The translations under genes were made by a program, and so were the position numbers. 64,000 bases of DNA from Flavobacteriales bacterium. GTDB lineage: Bacteria > Bacteroidota > Bacteroidia > Flavobacteriales_F > PHOS-HE28. Location of the stretch: NCBI GenBank assembly GCA_016715995.1, contig JADJXF010000018.1:89819-153818 (forward strand), read 5' to 3'. This document shows, piece by piece, positions 1 through 10,040 of this stretch. Each line of letters starts with the position of its first letter. The stretch's first letter is position 1. The notes beneath the pieces are model-generated. The model was not told the origin of the DNA. It searched no databases and saw nothing but the letters and a program-made list of their open reading frames with translations.

Positions 1-446
1 CGCTCGGCCACGACGCCAACAGCCAAGTGGTGGCCGCGCAGGCATCGCTCTTCGCCGCGCCCGGCACCGACTTCCACCTGCTGAGTGGTTCGCAGCCCGT
101 GGATGCCGGCAGTGCCGCTGTGAGCGCCGTGGTGAGCGACGACCTCGAGGGCACGCCGCGTCCGGTGGGTGCTGGCTACGATATCGGCTGCTATGAGAAC
201 GACCTGGGCACGGGCTTGTCGCCCATGACGTCAGCGGGACAGCGCTTGCACTGGAATGGTGAGGCGCTGCTCATCGGCGATATCGCGAATGGCCGGCTGC
301 GGGTGTGGCTAACGGATGGCCGGCTTGTCCTGGACCGCAGCGCCCAGGCGGGCGAAGCGGTGCGCGTGCCGGGCCGTGGACCTTGGATCGCCGTGCTCCA
401 TGATGGGCAAGGTGCCGTGATCGCGCGGTTGAAGTTCACGGATTGA
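1..446 (+). CDS. T9SS C-terminal sorting domain protein, 5' partial (runs off window start)
   Basis: Frame open from position 3 with no upstream stop. C-terminal ~80 aa (GRLRVWLTDGRLVLDRSAQAGEAVRV...IARLKFTD) has the beta-rich pattern of Por/T9SS type-A CTDs seen in other genes here. Confidence 0.5.
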   Translation, partial: LGHDANSQVVAAQASLFAAPGTDFHLLSGSQPVDAGSAAVSAVVSDDLEGTPRPVGAGYDIGCYENDLGTGLSPMTSAGQRLHWNGEALLIGDIANGRLRVWLTDGRLVLDRSAQAGEAVRVPGRGPWIAVLHDGQGAVIARLKFTD

Positions 447-634
447 ATCCCCGCAAGGTCTCCTCCCGCGCTCAACGATCGTTACAGCTTCCTCATCACC
501 GCTATCCGATCGCGGAAGAAATGCCCCACAACTCGTGGCCGGTGGAAGGGACAATGGACCTCTTGAGCACTTTGACAGGCAAGCAGTTAAGCTTTGGCTC
601 CCAGGTGTGGACCAACTATTGAGGGGATTGGGAC

Positions 635-796
635 ATGGCAACGGACAAGCATTACAACGAACCCGGTGTTGTGGATGAGGCCCTTGAGGACCATGAGCCA
701 ACGGATATGCCCGCGACCCGCAGCATATTCATTGTCGTCGCGATCCTTGCAGCCCTCTCGATAGCGATTCTGGTCGTGCTTCAGATAAGCCAGTAG
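635..796 (+). CDS. small (53 aa) tail-anchored membrane protein, hypothetical
   Basis: ATG at 635, TAG at 794. Acidic N-terminal half, then one strongly hydrophobic helix (IFIVVAILAALSIAILVVLQI). Below the ORF-track size cutoff. Confidence 0.2.
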   Translation: MATDKHYNEPGVVDEALEDHEPTDMPATRSIFIVVAILAALSIAILVVLQISQ

Positions 797-853
797 GAGG
801 CCACGGCCGAAAAGGCGGAATCGCTTTCCACCTGGAATGAGCAATGGGGTACG

Positions 854-1393
854 TCAGAACCCCATAACGAATCTCCTGCGCACATGCACGAATGGGAAGC
901 GCTTGCTGACATAGAGCTTGCGCGCAGGACGTCGATTGTGATGCCACTTGGGCTCCTCCTCGGGCACGGGACAGGTTCCGTTGACGCCGTCGGGCTTGTC
1001 GGTCGGCAGCAGCACCGGTTGTACTTGATCTAAGGCGGCTGGCTCGATGCCTGCCGGCGCGATCTGCTCCGTCGGCGGGGGCGCATCGACCTGCGCCATC
1101 ACCTGCACGCTGCCCAGCAGCAGGCCAGCGGCGAGGACACCACGTTTCGGTTTCAGCAGGTCAGCCAAGGGAATCAGCTGCGGTTCGAGGTGCTCCGGGA
1201 GGTATCGCCCACAGGCATCAGGGTGGGCGCGCTTGTAGGCGAGCACGGCTTCGCGGCTCCACCCGGTGAAGTCCACCACGGCATGCTGGCATTTCCCGCA
1301 GAAACGGCCACCCTCCACGGGCGACATCCGGTTCCAATTCTCCTGGCACGATACGGTCAACATGATTCGGAGCGGTTTACCCCAAGACGGCAT
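854..1393 (-). CDS. hypothetical Cys-rich protein
   Basis: 179-aa ORF with an N-terminal CxxxxxxxxxxxxxCxxC cluster (SCQENW...FCGKCQH). No recognised family. Confidence 0.4.
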   Translation of the reverse strand: MPSWGKPLRIMLTVSCQENWNRMSPVEGGRFCGKCQHAVVDFTGWSREAVLAYKRAHPDACGRYLPEHLEPQLIPLADLLKPKRGVLAAGLLLGSVQVMAQVDAPPPTEQIAPAGIEPAALDQVQPVLLPTDKPDGVNGTCPVPEEEPKWHHNRRPARKLYVSKRFPFVHVRRRFVMGF

Positions 1394-1420
1394 CGTGCGC
1401 GAATGGCTGCGTCCGGAAAT

Positions 1421-1447
1421 GAGAAGGCCCCATTTCTGGGGCCTTCA
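1421..1447 (-). terminator. putative intrinsic terminator downstream of rplS
   Basis: GC hairpin gaaggcccc-atttct-ggggccttc immediately 3' of the rplS stop. Minus-strand transcript continues tctcatttcc (U-rich). Confidence 0.4.
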
Positions 1448-1467
1448 AGCTGCTTCGTGATATCCGA

Positions 1468-1836
1468 CTACTTCGCCGTGGCCTCCACGGCCTGGCGCTT
1501 CTCGGTGATGCGCGCGCTCTTGCCGCGGCGCTGACGCAGGTAGAAGATGCGTGCCCGGCGCACGTCGCCACGCTTGTTCACGTCGATCTTATCGATGAAC
1601 GGGGAAGCGATCGGGAAGATCCGCTCCACGCCCACGTTGTTGCTGATCTTCCGAACGGTGAAGGTGGCGGTGCTGCCGCTGCCCTTGCGCTGGATGACCA
1701 CGCCTTGGAACTGCTGGATGCGCTCCTTGTTGCCTTCCACGATCTTGTAGTGAACCGTGACGGTGTCACCGGCCTTGAAATCGGGCAGCGCGTTCAGCGG
1801 CGCGATTTCCTTCTCGAGTTGCTTGATGCGGTCCAT
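1468..1836 (-). CDS. rplS: 50S ribosomal protein L19
   Basis: [10 protein letters not shown]...[27 protein letters not shown]... is a canonical L19 sequence. Classic position directly after trmD. Confidence 0.9.
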   Translation of the reverse strand: MDRIKQLEKEIAPLNALPDFKAGDTVTVHYKIVEGNKERIQQFQGVVIQRKGSGSTATFTVRKISNNVGVERIFPIASPFIDKIDVNKRGDVRRARIFYLRQRRGKSARITEKRQAVEATAK

Positions 1837-1935
1837 GACCTTGGTTGTTAGCGGGTTGCCCAGCGGCCCAAGCACGGAGGCAGGGGCATTCGGTCCCGGA
1901 TTTGGGGCCGCAATAGTACGGATCTTTCAGGCACC

Positions 1936-2629
1936 TTACCCTTCCGTGGCCCCTCCCGTTGACCCAAGGAGGCCCGGCCGCCGCTTCCGGGTGCGCTCCA
2001 ACGCCTGCTCATGCCGCCAGGCATCGATCCGGGCCTGATGGCCGCTGAGCAGCACATCGGGCACCATCCAACCCTGGTAATCGGCTGGGCGGGTATAGGC
2101 CGGGGGCGCCACCAGCCCATCCTGGAAACTGTCGCTCAGGGCGGAGGTCTCGTCGCCGATGACGCCCGGGATCAAGCGGATGACCGCATCGCTGAGCACG
2201 GCGGCAGCCAATTCGCCCCCCGTGAGCACGTAATCGCCGATGCTCACCTCCCGGGTGATCAGGTTCTCCCGCACCCGCTCATCCACCCCTTTGTAGTGGC
2301 CGCAGAGGATGATCAGGTTCCGGCAAGTGCTGAGTCGCCAGGGGCTGGTCGAGCAACTGGCCATCGGGGCTCATGTAGATGACCTCATCGTACCCTCGTT
2401 CGGCCCGGAGTTCAGCGATGGCCCGGTGGATGGGTTCCACCTGCATCACCATGCCCGCCCCGCCGCCGAAGGGGTAATCATCCACCCGCCGGTGCTTGTC
2501 GGTGCTCCACTTCCGCAGGTCGTGAACATGCACCTCGACCAGCCCTTTGGCCCGGGCGCGTTCCAAGATGCTCTCGCCGAACCAGCTCGTGAGCAGGTCG
2601 GGCAGGGCGGTAAGGATGTCGATGCGCAC
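1936..2629 (-). CDS. trmD: tRNA (guanine37-N1)-methyltransferase TrmD, split by one frameshift near 2320-2360
   Basis: N-part [13 protein letters not shown]...[19 protein letters not shown] (ORF 2279-2809 frame) and C-part [16 protein letters not shown]...[11 protein letters not shown] (ORF 1936-2364 frame) together make a full TrmD. GTG start at 2629. trmD-rplS synteny. Confidence 0.85.
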
Positions 2630-2743
2630 GGGGCAAAGATCTCCTTGCGCGGCATACCACGGCACATCCTTCTCCACCGCGTGTTGGCCGCTATTCCTAC
2701 CTTCGGCACAGTGGTTGCCAACCGCCACGCATCCCCAACCGAC

Positions 2744-3469
2744 ATGAAGAAATTCCTGACCCTGACCGCCTTCCTGCTGGTGCAAGCAGCGGCCTTCGCG
2801 CAGAAGCACGTGTATGAGGACCTCCTGGTCCTGTACGTGGACGAGAAATACGAGAAGTGCCTGATGAAGGCCGAAGCCTACACCATGGCCGAGGCGACCA
2901 AGAAGGACGCGCTGCCCTTCCTCTACATGAGCATGTGCCTGTTCGAGATGAGCAAGCAGGAGAAGTTCGCGGTGGATTACCCCAAAGCAGCCCGCGATGC
3001 CGTGAAATGGGCCGAGAAGTACCGCAAGAAGGACAAGGACAAGGAGTTCTTCAGCAATTACGAGGACTATTGGGCAGAACTGAACACCGTGTCGTTCCAG
3101 GCCGGCGAGAACCTGCTGGACGACCCGAAGGGCGTGAGCAAGGCCAAGCAGCTCTTCGATGGCATGGTGGGCTATTACCCGGAGAACCCAGGTGCCTGGC
3201 TGATGCTGGCCATGTCCCAGTACAAGAGCAACTTGCTGAAGGAGGGCGACCTGAGCGTGAAGGCGTTCGACAAGGCCATCGCCGCCGCCGGCGATATCGC
3301 TACCCTGCCGAAGGACCAGCGCACCCTCCTGAAAAACGCGTTGATCCGTTATGCGGACTACCTCGTGGGTAAAGGCCAGCGCGACCGTGCGAAGCAGTAC
3401 GCGAGTCTGGGAAAGGACCAGTTCATGGAAGAGCCCGACTTCAAGGGTTTGTGGGAAAGCCTTCGCTGA
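2744..3469 (+). CDS. hypothetical secreted protein (signal peptide)
   Basis: ATG at 2744 gives MKKFLTLTAFLLVQAAAFAQ signal peptide. 241 aa, Lys/Glu-rich with balanced composition. No family recognised. Confidence 0.7.
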   Translation: MKKFLTLTAFLLVQAAAFAQKHVYEDLLVLYVDEKYEKCLMKAEAYTMAEATKKDALPFLYMSMCLFEMSKQEKFAVDYPKAARDAVKWAEKYRKKDKDKEFFSNYEDYWAELNTVSFQAGENLLDDPKGVSKAKQLFDGMVGYYPENPGAWLMLAMSQYKSNLLKEGDLSVKAFDKAIAAAGDIATLPKDQRTLLKNALIRYADYLVGKGQRDRAKQYASLGKDQFMEEPDFKGLWESLR

Positions 3470-3488
3470 ACCGCCGTTTAGTCGATTG

Positions 3489-3529
3489 TGATTCCTGACT
3501 GCATCCGGCAGTCAGGAATCGCTTTTTCT
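3489..3529 (+). terminator. rho-independent terminator
   Basis: Perfect 12-bp stem attcctgactgc / gcagtcaggaat with 5-nt loop, followed by gcTTTTTct, 20 nt after the 3469 stop. Confidence 0.55.
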
Positions 3530-3536
3530 AGAACAC

Positions 3537-4580
3537 TCAGGTCCGTCCGATGCGTGCCATCCGCTGCCGAAGCCAATGATCGGCCAGCACCAGGCACGCC
3601 ATGGCTTCCACGATGGGCACGGCGCGTGGCACCACGCAGGGGTCGTGCCGGCCCTTCGCCTCCAGCATCACCTTCTCGCCGGTCTTGTTCAGCGTCTCTT
3701 GGGCCAGCGCGATGGTGGCGGGCGGCTTGAAGGCCACGTCGAAGAAGAGATCCGATCCATCGCTGATCCCGCCCGCCAGCCCGCCTTGCGAGAGCCGGTT
3801 GTGCGCTGAGCCGCGCAAGGCCGCCGCTGCGAAGCCGCTGCCGATCTGGAAGCCCTTCGATGCGTTGATGGAAAGCATGGCCTTCGCGAGGTCGGCGTCC
3901 AACTTATCGAAGACGGGCTCACCCAATCCTTCTGGAAGGCCGCGCACCACGCACGAGACCACCCCGCCGACGCTGTCGCCTTCTGCACGGGCCTGCTCGA
4001 TGATCGCTGCCATTCGTGCGCCGGTGTTCTCATCCGGGCATCGCACCGCGCTGCTCCATACGGGGGCTAGATCCGCCGGGATTCCACCTAGCGCCACTTC
4101 GCCCACGCGACTCACGTAGGCGTTCACCTGAACGCCATCACGCGTTAAGAGCTGACGCGCTATGGCGCCGCCCACCACGCAGGCCGCCGTGGTGCGCGCG
4201 CTGCTGCGTCCGCCGCCACGGTGGTCGCGCAGCCCATACTTCACTTCCCACGTCCGGTCGGCGTGTCCGGGGCGGTAAACGTCCTTCAGCGCGTCATAGT
4301 CGCTGCTTCGCGCATCGTTGTTGCGGATCAGGAAGCCCATGGGCGTGCCAAGTGCCCTACCCTCGAAGATGCCACTGAGCCACTCCACGCCATCGGCTTC
4401 GTTGCGCGCGGTGCCCAAGGGCGTGCTACCCGGCCGACGGCGATCCAACTCCATCTGCACGGCGTGCTGGTCAATCGGCAGGCCCGCAGGGCAACCATCC
4501 ACCACGCCACCAATGGCCGCGCCGTGGCTTTCGCCGAAGCTGGTGAGCCGGAAGAGCTGGCCGATGGTGTTGCCGGGCAT
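3537..4580 (-). CDS. aroC: chorismate synthase
   Basis: [34 protein letters not shown]...DRRRPG is the diagnostic AroC N-terminus. Full-length ~347 aa. Confidence 0.9.
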   Translation of the reverse strand: MPGNTIGQLFRLTSFGESHGAAIGGVVDGCPAGLPIDQHAVQMELDRRRPGSTPLGTARNEADGVEWLSGIFEGRALGTPMGFLIRNNDARSSDYDALKDVYRPGHADRTWEVKYGLRDHRGGGRSSARTTAACVVGGAIARQLLTRDGVQVNAYVSRVGEVALGGIPADLAPVWSSAVRCPDENTGARMAAIIEQARAEGDSVGGVVSCVVRGLPEGLGEPVFDKLDADLAKAMLSINASKGFQIGSGFAAAALRGSAHNRLSQGGLAGGISDGSDLFFDVAFKPPATIALAQETLNKTGEKVMLEAKGRHDPCVVPRAVPIVEAMACLVLADHWLRQRMARIGRT

Positions 4581-4680
4581 GGGGGTCGAAAGTACACGGG
4601 ACCGGCCTCCAGGATTCTCGTGAGGTGATGTGCCCAGTGGTGGCACTTTTGCAATCTTCGGCACACCAAAGCCAGCAGCC

Positions 4681-6131
4681 ATGAAGAAAGCCTACGCCAT
4701 GTTCTTGCTGATCCTCGCCTTCACCCCTGCGCTTCAAGCCCAGATCAGCCGATCGCTTCCCATCGTGGACCAGCGCACGCATGACGGCTCGCTACACCCA
4801 GCGCCACCGGGAGAGGTGGTAAGAGTGGACATCCCGCACGGCGAATGCCTGGATGACGAATCCCGGCGACAACTCTTTGAGGAGGTAGCGGCGAACATCG
4901 AGCACTTGAGGTCGACGAACCCCGGAGCAGTGGCGGTGGAGCGTGGCGCTCAGCCCTTCTTCATCTGGCCACACGTCCCAGCTCCGACTTCAACGATTAC
5001 GGCTACTACACCAACAACTTCTTCGTGGACCACAATCCCACACCCAACAACAATCTAACCGATTGGAATTGCGGCACGCGCACCTACGATTGGAGCAGCG
5101 GCAACCATATGGGCACGGACATCATCCTCTGGCCCTATGCCTGGCGGCGCATGCAGGAAGGGGTGATGGAAGTGGTGGCGGCCGCGCCCGGCACCATCGT
5201 AACGAGGCGGGATGGATACTATGATACCCAGTGCTCCAACAGCGGGCAAACGACCTGGAACGGCATCGTGCTGCAGCATGCCGATGGATCCACCACCATA
5301 TACATGCACTTCAAGAACGGATCGGTCACCAGCAAGGTGGTCGGAGAAACGGTTGAGGAAGGGGAATACCTCGGGCGGGCAGCAGCGGCAGCAGCAACTG
5401 GCCGCACCTGCACTTCGAGGTGCATGACAACGCCGGGAACTACATCGACCCCTTCGCAGGGCCTTGCAACAGCTTCAACGGAAACCAGACCTGGTGGGCC
5501 GCGCAACAACCATACACGGTGCCGCGAATCAACCATATCAGCACGCATTACGCCAGCCATGAGTTCTACCAGTGCCCTGTGCCGGAAACCACCTACGAGC
5601 AGAGCAATTTCATGCCAGGCGATTCACTGATCCTTCGCCTCTACTACCGCGATCTGGATAACAATGCCCTTACCAACCTCCGCATCCGACAGACTGGCGG
5701 ACCAGTGGTGGACAGTTGGGACTTCAACAGCCCATGGGCGTTCGGCGCGACGACCTGGGCGTGGTGGTACAACATCATCGATGACTCTGGCCACGGGCGC
5801 CTACACCTTCGAGGCCACGTTCAACGGACAGGAGTACTCTCGGCCGTTCACCATTGGAATGCCCATCGGGGTGGATGAGAACGAGGCTTCAGCAACCTTC
5901 AGCCTCTCGCCCAATCCAGCAGGCGCTGTGCTGCGGATCATCGGGCTGACCGAAGGCCATGGCGTTGCGAGTGCCTTCTTGTACGATGCGACAGGACGAT
6001 TGACGCTCAACGAGCGGGTGTCAGCTCCATCGGCGGAATTGGATGTCTCACGGCTCCCCCAAGGCATGTACCAGCTGCGCATCGATGCTGGCGGGCAGAC
6101 GCAAGCCCGCCGGGTGGTCATCGCACGATAG
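4681..6131 (+). CDS. M23-family metallopeptidase with T9SS C-terminal sorting domain (three frameshifts)
   Basis: Signal peptide [22 protein letters not shown]23 core ([12 protein letters not shown]...[21 protein letters not shown]...HLHFEVHD). C-terminal CTD ([15 protein letters not shown]...[22 protein letters not shown]). Reading frame shifts 1->0->2->0 at about 4950-5025, 5385 and 5780. Confidence 0.7.
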
Positions 6132-6145
6132 ACGAGTCCAGTCCC

Positions 6146-7849
6146 TTGACCAAGAACTCAGCCATGAATATCACTCGCATGCGCCGCGATGTACCCGGAT
6201 TCACAAGGATGGCTGCCGTGCTCCAGGCCACCCTGCTGGCAGCGACGCTGTTCTTCCATCACCACGTTGCGGCTCAATGCGCCGAGACCGACGAGCGCCG
6301 CGTGCTCCTCGTGGGCGATAGCTGGGCCTTCTTCATGGGCGTGGACCAGACCATCAACACGGTGCTGGAGCGCTGGGGGCACAGCAACGCCATCTTCCAC
6401 ACCAACCTCACGCTGGCGGAGAACGGCGCGGAGACGGACGATTTCCTGGGTGCGGAGAAGCAGGCCGAGATCCAGGCGCAGATCGATGCCAACCCATCAA
6501 TCAAGGTGGTCCACCTGAGCATCGGCGGAAATGATGTGCTGGGCGATTGGCACGTGAGCTTCACGCAGCAGCAGACCGATTCGCTCCGCGCCGCCGTAGC
6601 GGCTCGGCTGCTGCAGGTGATCGAGTTCATCAAAGGCACGCGGCCCGACATCCACATCCTCTGGAGCGGTTACGTGTACCCCAACTTCGGCGAGGTGATC
6701 GAGAGCATCGCGCCCTTGCAGAGCATTCATCCCTTCTACGATACCTGGGCTGACATGGGCTTCCCGGACTTCGCGCAGCTCAACACCATCCTCAACGAAT
6801 TCTCGGCGAGCGTTGAGGCCTACTGCGCCACCGACCCGCGCGTGGATTTCGTGCCATGCACCGGCCTCATGCAGCACACCTTCGGACAGGATGCGCCGCT
6901 CGGCGTGCCACCCAGTGGCAGCTACGCGCCCTTCGTCGCGCCGCTTCCCCAAGGCTTCATTGACTATCCCTCGCCGCAGAGCTCCATGCGCAGCTACGGC
7001 ATCTTCCTGGATTGCTTCCACCTGTCGGCAGGTGGCTACCGCGACATGATCGACTACCACGCACGGAAGTTCTACCACAAGTTCCTGATGCACGACCACT
7101 GGGCGCTGAGCGAGGGCGGCACCCACGACGGCTCGATCACTTCCACGGGCTCCGTCTCCAATGCGCTGACCCTCGGCGAGCAAGACGGTGTGCGCCATGC
7201 AACCATGCTCTCGTTCAATCTGGATGCGGTGCAGGGCAACGTGACCTCTGCCGCGAGCCTATTCCTGCGCCGCTCTTCGTTGACGGGCTCGAATCCGCTC
7301 GAAGGTGCCATCCGCGTCGCTGTGAAAGGGACGTTCGGGGGCTCACCTGAACTCGACGCGCTCGATTACATCGATGCCGCCGCTGCGGAGGAGCAAGCGT
7401 GCCGATTTGGTGATTCCGATGGCAACGCGCGTTGGATCCGTTTGGATCTGCCAGAGGCGCTATTGCCGTTCATCACCGCAGGGACCGTGCAGTTCCGGAT
7501 CACCGCGCCGGATGCGCTGGGCGGTTTGGTCACCTTCACCGATGCCAGCGATCCCGAGCTGGCGTCGGTGCTCGACCTCACCTTTGGCGAGTTGACGACT
7601 CCGGTGCCCGATCCGCAGATGTCAACGGATGCCCTTCGCATCTACCCCAACCCCACAGAGGGCCCCTTGATGATTGATGCAAGGCCGGGTCAGATCCAGT
7701 CGCTCGAGCTCAGCGATCAGCTCGGTCGCATCGTATGGCGGTCGGCATCGTTCACCTCGATGGACTTGAGCGAGCTGCCGCGCGGCGCCTACCTGCTCCG
7801 GATTGAAACCACGCATGGGAGCACGGTGGAGCGCGTGGTGAAGTGGTAG
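6146..7849 (+). CDS. SGNH/GDSL-family hydrolase with T9SS C-terminal sorting domain
   Basis: LLVGDSWAFF (GDS block I), HLSIGGNDV (block III), DCFHLSAGGY (DxxH). C-terminal LRIYPNPTEGPLMID...GAYLLRIETTHGSTVERVVKW is a CTD. True start may be an internal Met (e.g. 6209). Confidence 0.75.
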   Translation: MTKNSAMNITRMRRDVPGFTRMAAVLQATLLAATLFFHHHVAAQCAETDERRVLLVGDSWAFFMGVDQTINTVLERWGHSNAIFHTNLTLAENGAETDDFLGAEKQAEIQAQIDANPSIKVVHLSIGGNDVLGDWHVSFTQQQTDSLRAAVAARLLQVIEFIKGTRPDIHILWSGYVYPNFGEVIESIAPLQSIHPFYDTWADMGFPDFAQLNTILNEFSASVEAYCATDPRVDFVPCTGLMQHTFGQDAPLGVPPSGSYAPFVAPLPQGFIDYPSPQSSMRSYGIFLDCFHLSAGGYRDMIDYHARKFYHKFLMHDHWALSEGGTHDGSITSTGSVSNALTLGEQDGVRHATMLSFNLDAVQGNVTSAASLFLRRSSLTGSNPLEGAIRVAVKGTFGGSPELDALDYIDAAAAEEQACRFGDSDGNARWIRLDLPEALLPFITAGTVQFRITAPDALGGLVTFTDASDPELASVLDLTFGELTTPVPDPQMSTDALRIYPNPTEGPLMIDARPGQIQSLELSDQLGRIVWRSASFTSMDLSELPRGAYLLRIETTHGSTVERVVKW

Positions 7850-7875
7850 CGGAGCCTGCTGCCTTTCTTTGCCCC

Positions 7876-9177
7876 GTGCATCGCCTGTTGATCAAGAATG
7901 CCAAGGCCCTCGTGGGCACCTTCCCGCAAGGGAAGCAGGTGATGTCAGGCGCGGACATGGCCCGGCTGCCGATGATCGAGGATGGGTGGCTGCAAGCGGA
8001 GGATGGGCGCATCACGGCCATGGGGCCGATGAGCGCATTCGCGGGCATCGACGATTGGAGCGACCTGACCGTGATCGATGCCACTGGGCGGTACGTGCTG
8101 CCCGGCTGGTGCGACCCGCATACGCACACGGTGTTCGCCGCCCCGCGCGAAGAGGAGTTCGTGAACAGGATCAAGGGCCTCAGCTACCAGGAGATCGCGG
8201 CACGCGGCGGCGGGATCATCAACAGCGCGATGAAACTGCGAGCGATGAGCGAGGACGCTCTCTTCGCGCAGGCCAAGGGACGGTTGGATGAGATGATGCG
8301 CCGGGGCACAGTGGCGGTGGAGATCAAGAGCGGCTACGGCCTCACGGTCGAGAGCGAGCTGAAGATGCTGCGCGTGGCGAAGCGCTTGAAGGAAGCACTG
8401 CCTTTGCAAGTGAAGACCACCTTGCTCGCCGCGCATGCGCTGCCCCCGGAATTCAAGGACGACCGCAACGGCTACGTCGATATGATCTGCGACACGCTGC
8501 TGCCACAGGTGGCAGCCGAAAGGCTCGCCGACTTTGTGGACGTTTTCTGCGAGACGAACTATTTCACCGTGGCGGAGATGGAACGCGTGCTTGCAGCAGG
8601 ACGGAAGCACGGCCTCCCCGGCAAGCTGCATGTGAACCAGTTCACCAGCATCGGTGGCATACAAGCCGCTATCGCGCATCATGCCATCAGCGTGGACCAC
8701 CTGGAGGTGCTGGCTGATGCCGACTTCGAAGCACTTCGGATCGCGCACAGTCAGCGGTCAGTCGCAAGTGATGGCATCGAGGTGATCCCCACGTTGCTCC
8801 CCTCCTGCTCCTTCTTCCTGCGCATCCCCTACGCTCCGGCTCGTCGGTTGATAGACAGCGGTCTTCCAGTGGCACTCGCCAGCGACCACAATCCTGGAAG
8901 CACGCCAAGCGGCAACCTCAATCTCGTGCTCTCCTTGGCGTGCATCCAGCTCCGCATGCTTCCGGAGGAGGCCATCACGGCGCTCACGCTCAACGCGGCT
9001 TCCGCCATGCGCTTGGGAAGCGAGCTCGGCGGCCTCACCGTGGGCAAACGCGCCAGCCTGATCATCACCAAAGAGGCGCCTTCGCTGGCCTACCTCCCTT
9101 ACGCCTTCGGAACCGACCACATCGATACCGTGCTGATAGATGGAAAGCCCGTCCGCTCCGGAGCAGCGCTCCAGTGA
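7876..9177 (+). CDS. hutI: imidazolonepropionase
   Basis: HRLLIKNAKALVG..., metal-binding HTH motif (DPHTHTVF), KLHVNQF, ASDHNPGS are amidohydrolase-superfamily HutI signatures. GTG start at 7876. Confidence 0.9.
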   Translation: MHRLLIKNAKALVGTFPQGKQVMSGADMARLPMIEDGWLQAEDGRITAMGPMSAFAGIDDWSDLTVIDATGRYVLPGWCDPHTHTVFAAPREEEFVNRIKGLSYQEIAARGGGIINSAMKLRAMSEDALFAQAKGRLDEMMRRGTVAVEIKSGYGLTVESELKMLRVAKRLKEALPLQVKTTLLAAHALPPEFKDDRNGYVDMICDTLLPQVAAERLADFVDVFCETNYFTVAEMERVLAAGRKHGLPGKLHVNQFTSIGGIQAAIAHHAISVDHLEVLADADFEALRIAHSQRSVASDGIEVIPTLLPSCSFFLRIPYAPARRLIDSGLPVALASDHNPGSTPSGNLNLVLSLACIQLRMLPEEAITALTLNAASAMRLGSELGGLTVGKRASLIITKEAPSLAYLPYAFGTDHIDTVLIDGKPVRSGAALQ

Positions 9178-9181
9178 TTTC

Positions 9182-9931
9182 ATGCCCTTGGAGCCCGGCC
9201 GACCACCCGGCCTGGAGTTCTCCATGGGCGTTGCGCTCTTCGCCATCACGATGCTGGCGTTCTTCGGTGTGCAGAGCGTCGCGTTGGTGAAAGGCGTGAT
9301 CGACCGTACCCCGGAGCTGCAGGGCGAATCCTTCTCCTTCAGCTGGTTCCAGGATCCCCTCTTCCAGCAGCGCCTTCAGGACCTGGCCTTCAATGGCGAT
9401 CTGGTGGGCAAGGAGTCCGCGTGGAGCGGCGGCATCTGCTCGGTGCTCATCCTGTTCGCCTGCTGGCGGTGGAAGCGCGACCGCGTCGGGCTGCTGCTCG
9501 GTCTGAAGCTGCCCAAACCCAAGGAATTCCTCAAATGGTTCGGCCTCTTCGCCGGCATCATGCTGGGCATCGAGCTGCTCGCGCAATTCGTACCGGCCTT
9601 CGATACAGACTTCATGGAGAAGGTCGTGGGCAGCACCACCAACTGGCCTTTGCTCGTCATCGGCGTGGTGCTGCTCGGCCCGCTCTTCGAGGAACTGCTG
9701 CTGCGCGGCCTCCTCTTCGGCACGCTACGGCACATCGCCGACGAGCACATGAGCGTGGCGATCACGGCCGGCGTATTCGCGCTCATGCACCTGCAGTACA
9801 GCCTGCCCATCATGCTGCTCATCCTGCCCATGGGCATCGCGCTCGGCTATGCGCGGTCCCGTAGCGGTTCCATCTGGGTGCCCGTGCTGCTGCATATGCT
9901 GAACAACGGGATGAGCGTGCTGTGGCCGTAA
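9182..9931 (+). CDS. CPBP-family intramembrane metalloprotease (CAAX protease-like)
   Basis: Multi-TM protein with EELLLRG, FALMH and HMLNN motifs characteristic of Abi/CPBP proteases. Confidence 0.8.
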   Translation: MPLEPGRPPGLEFSMGVALFAITMLAFFGVQSVALVKGVIDRTPELQGESFSFSWFQDPLFQQRLQDLAFNGDLVGKESAWSGGICSVLILFACWRWKRDRVGLLLGLKLPKPKEFLKWFGLFAGIMLGIELLAQFVPAFDTDFMEKVVGSTTNWPLLVIGVVLLGPLFEELLLRGLLFGTLRHIADEHMSVAITAGVFALMHLQYSLPIMLLILPMGIALGYARSRSGSIWVPVLLHMLNNGMSVLWP

Positions 9932-10040
9932 GCGGTGGCGACGCGCCGGGTGGTTAAGCGACGAGTTTCGCGCATTGCTGGTCGCATGGCCTCCCGGGGA
10001 AGCGCTCGCTAGATTTGGCGCCCTCAATCCGAAGCCAGCC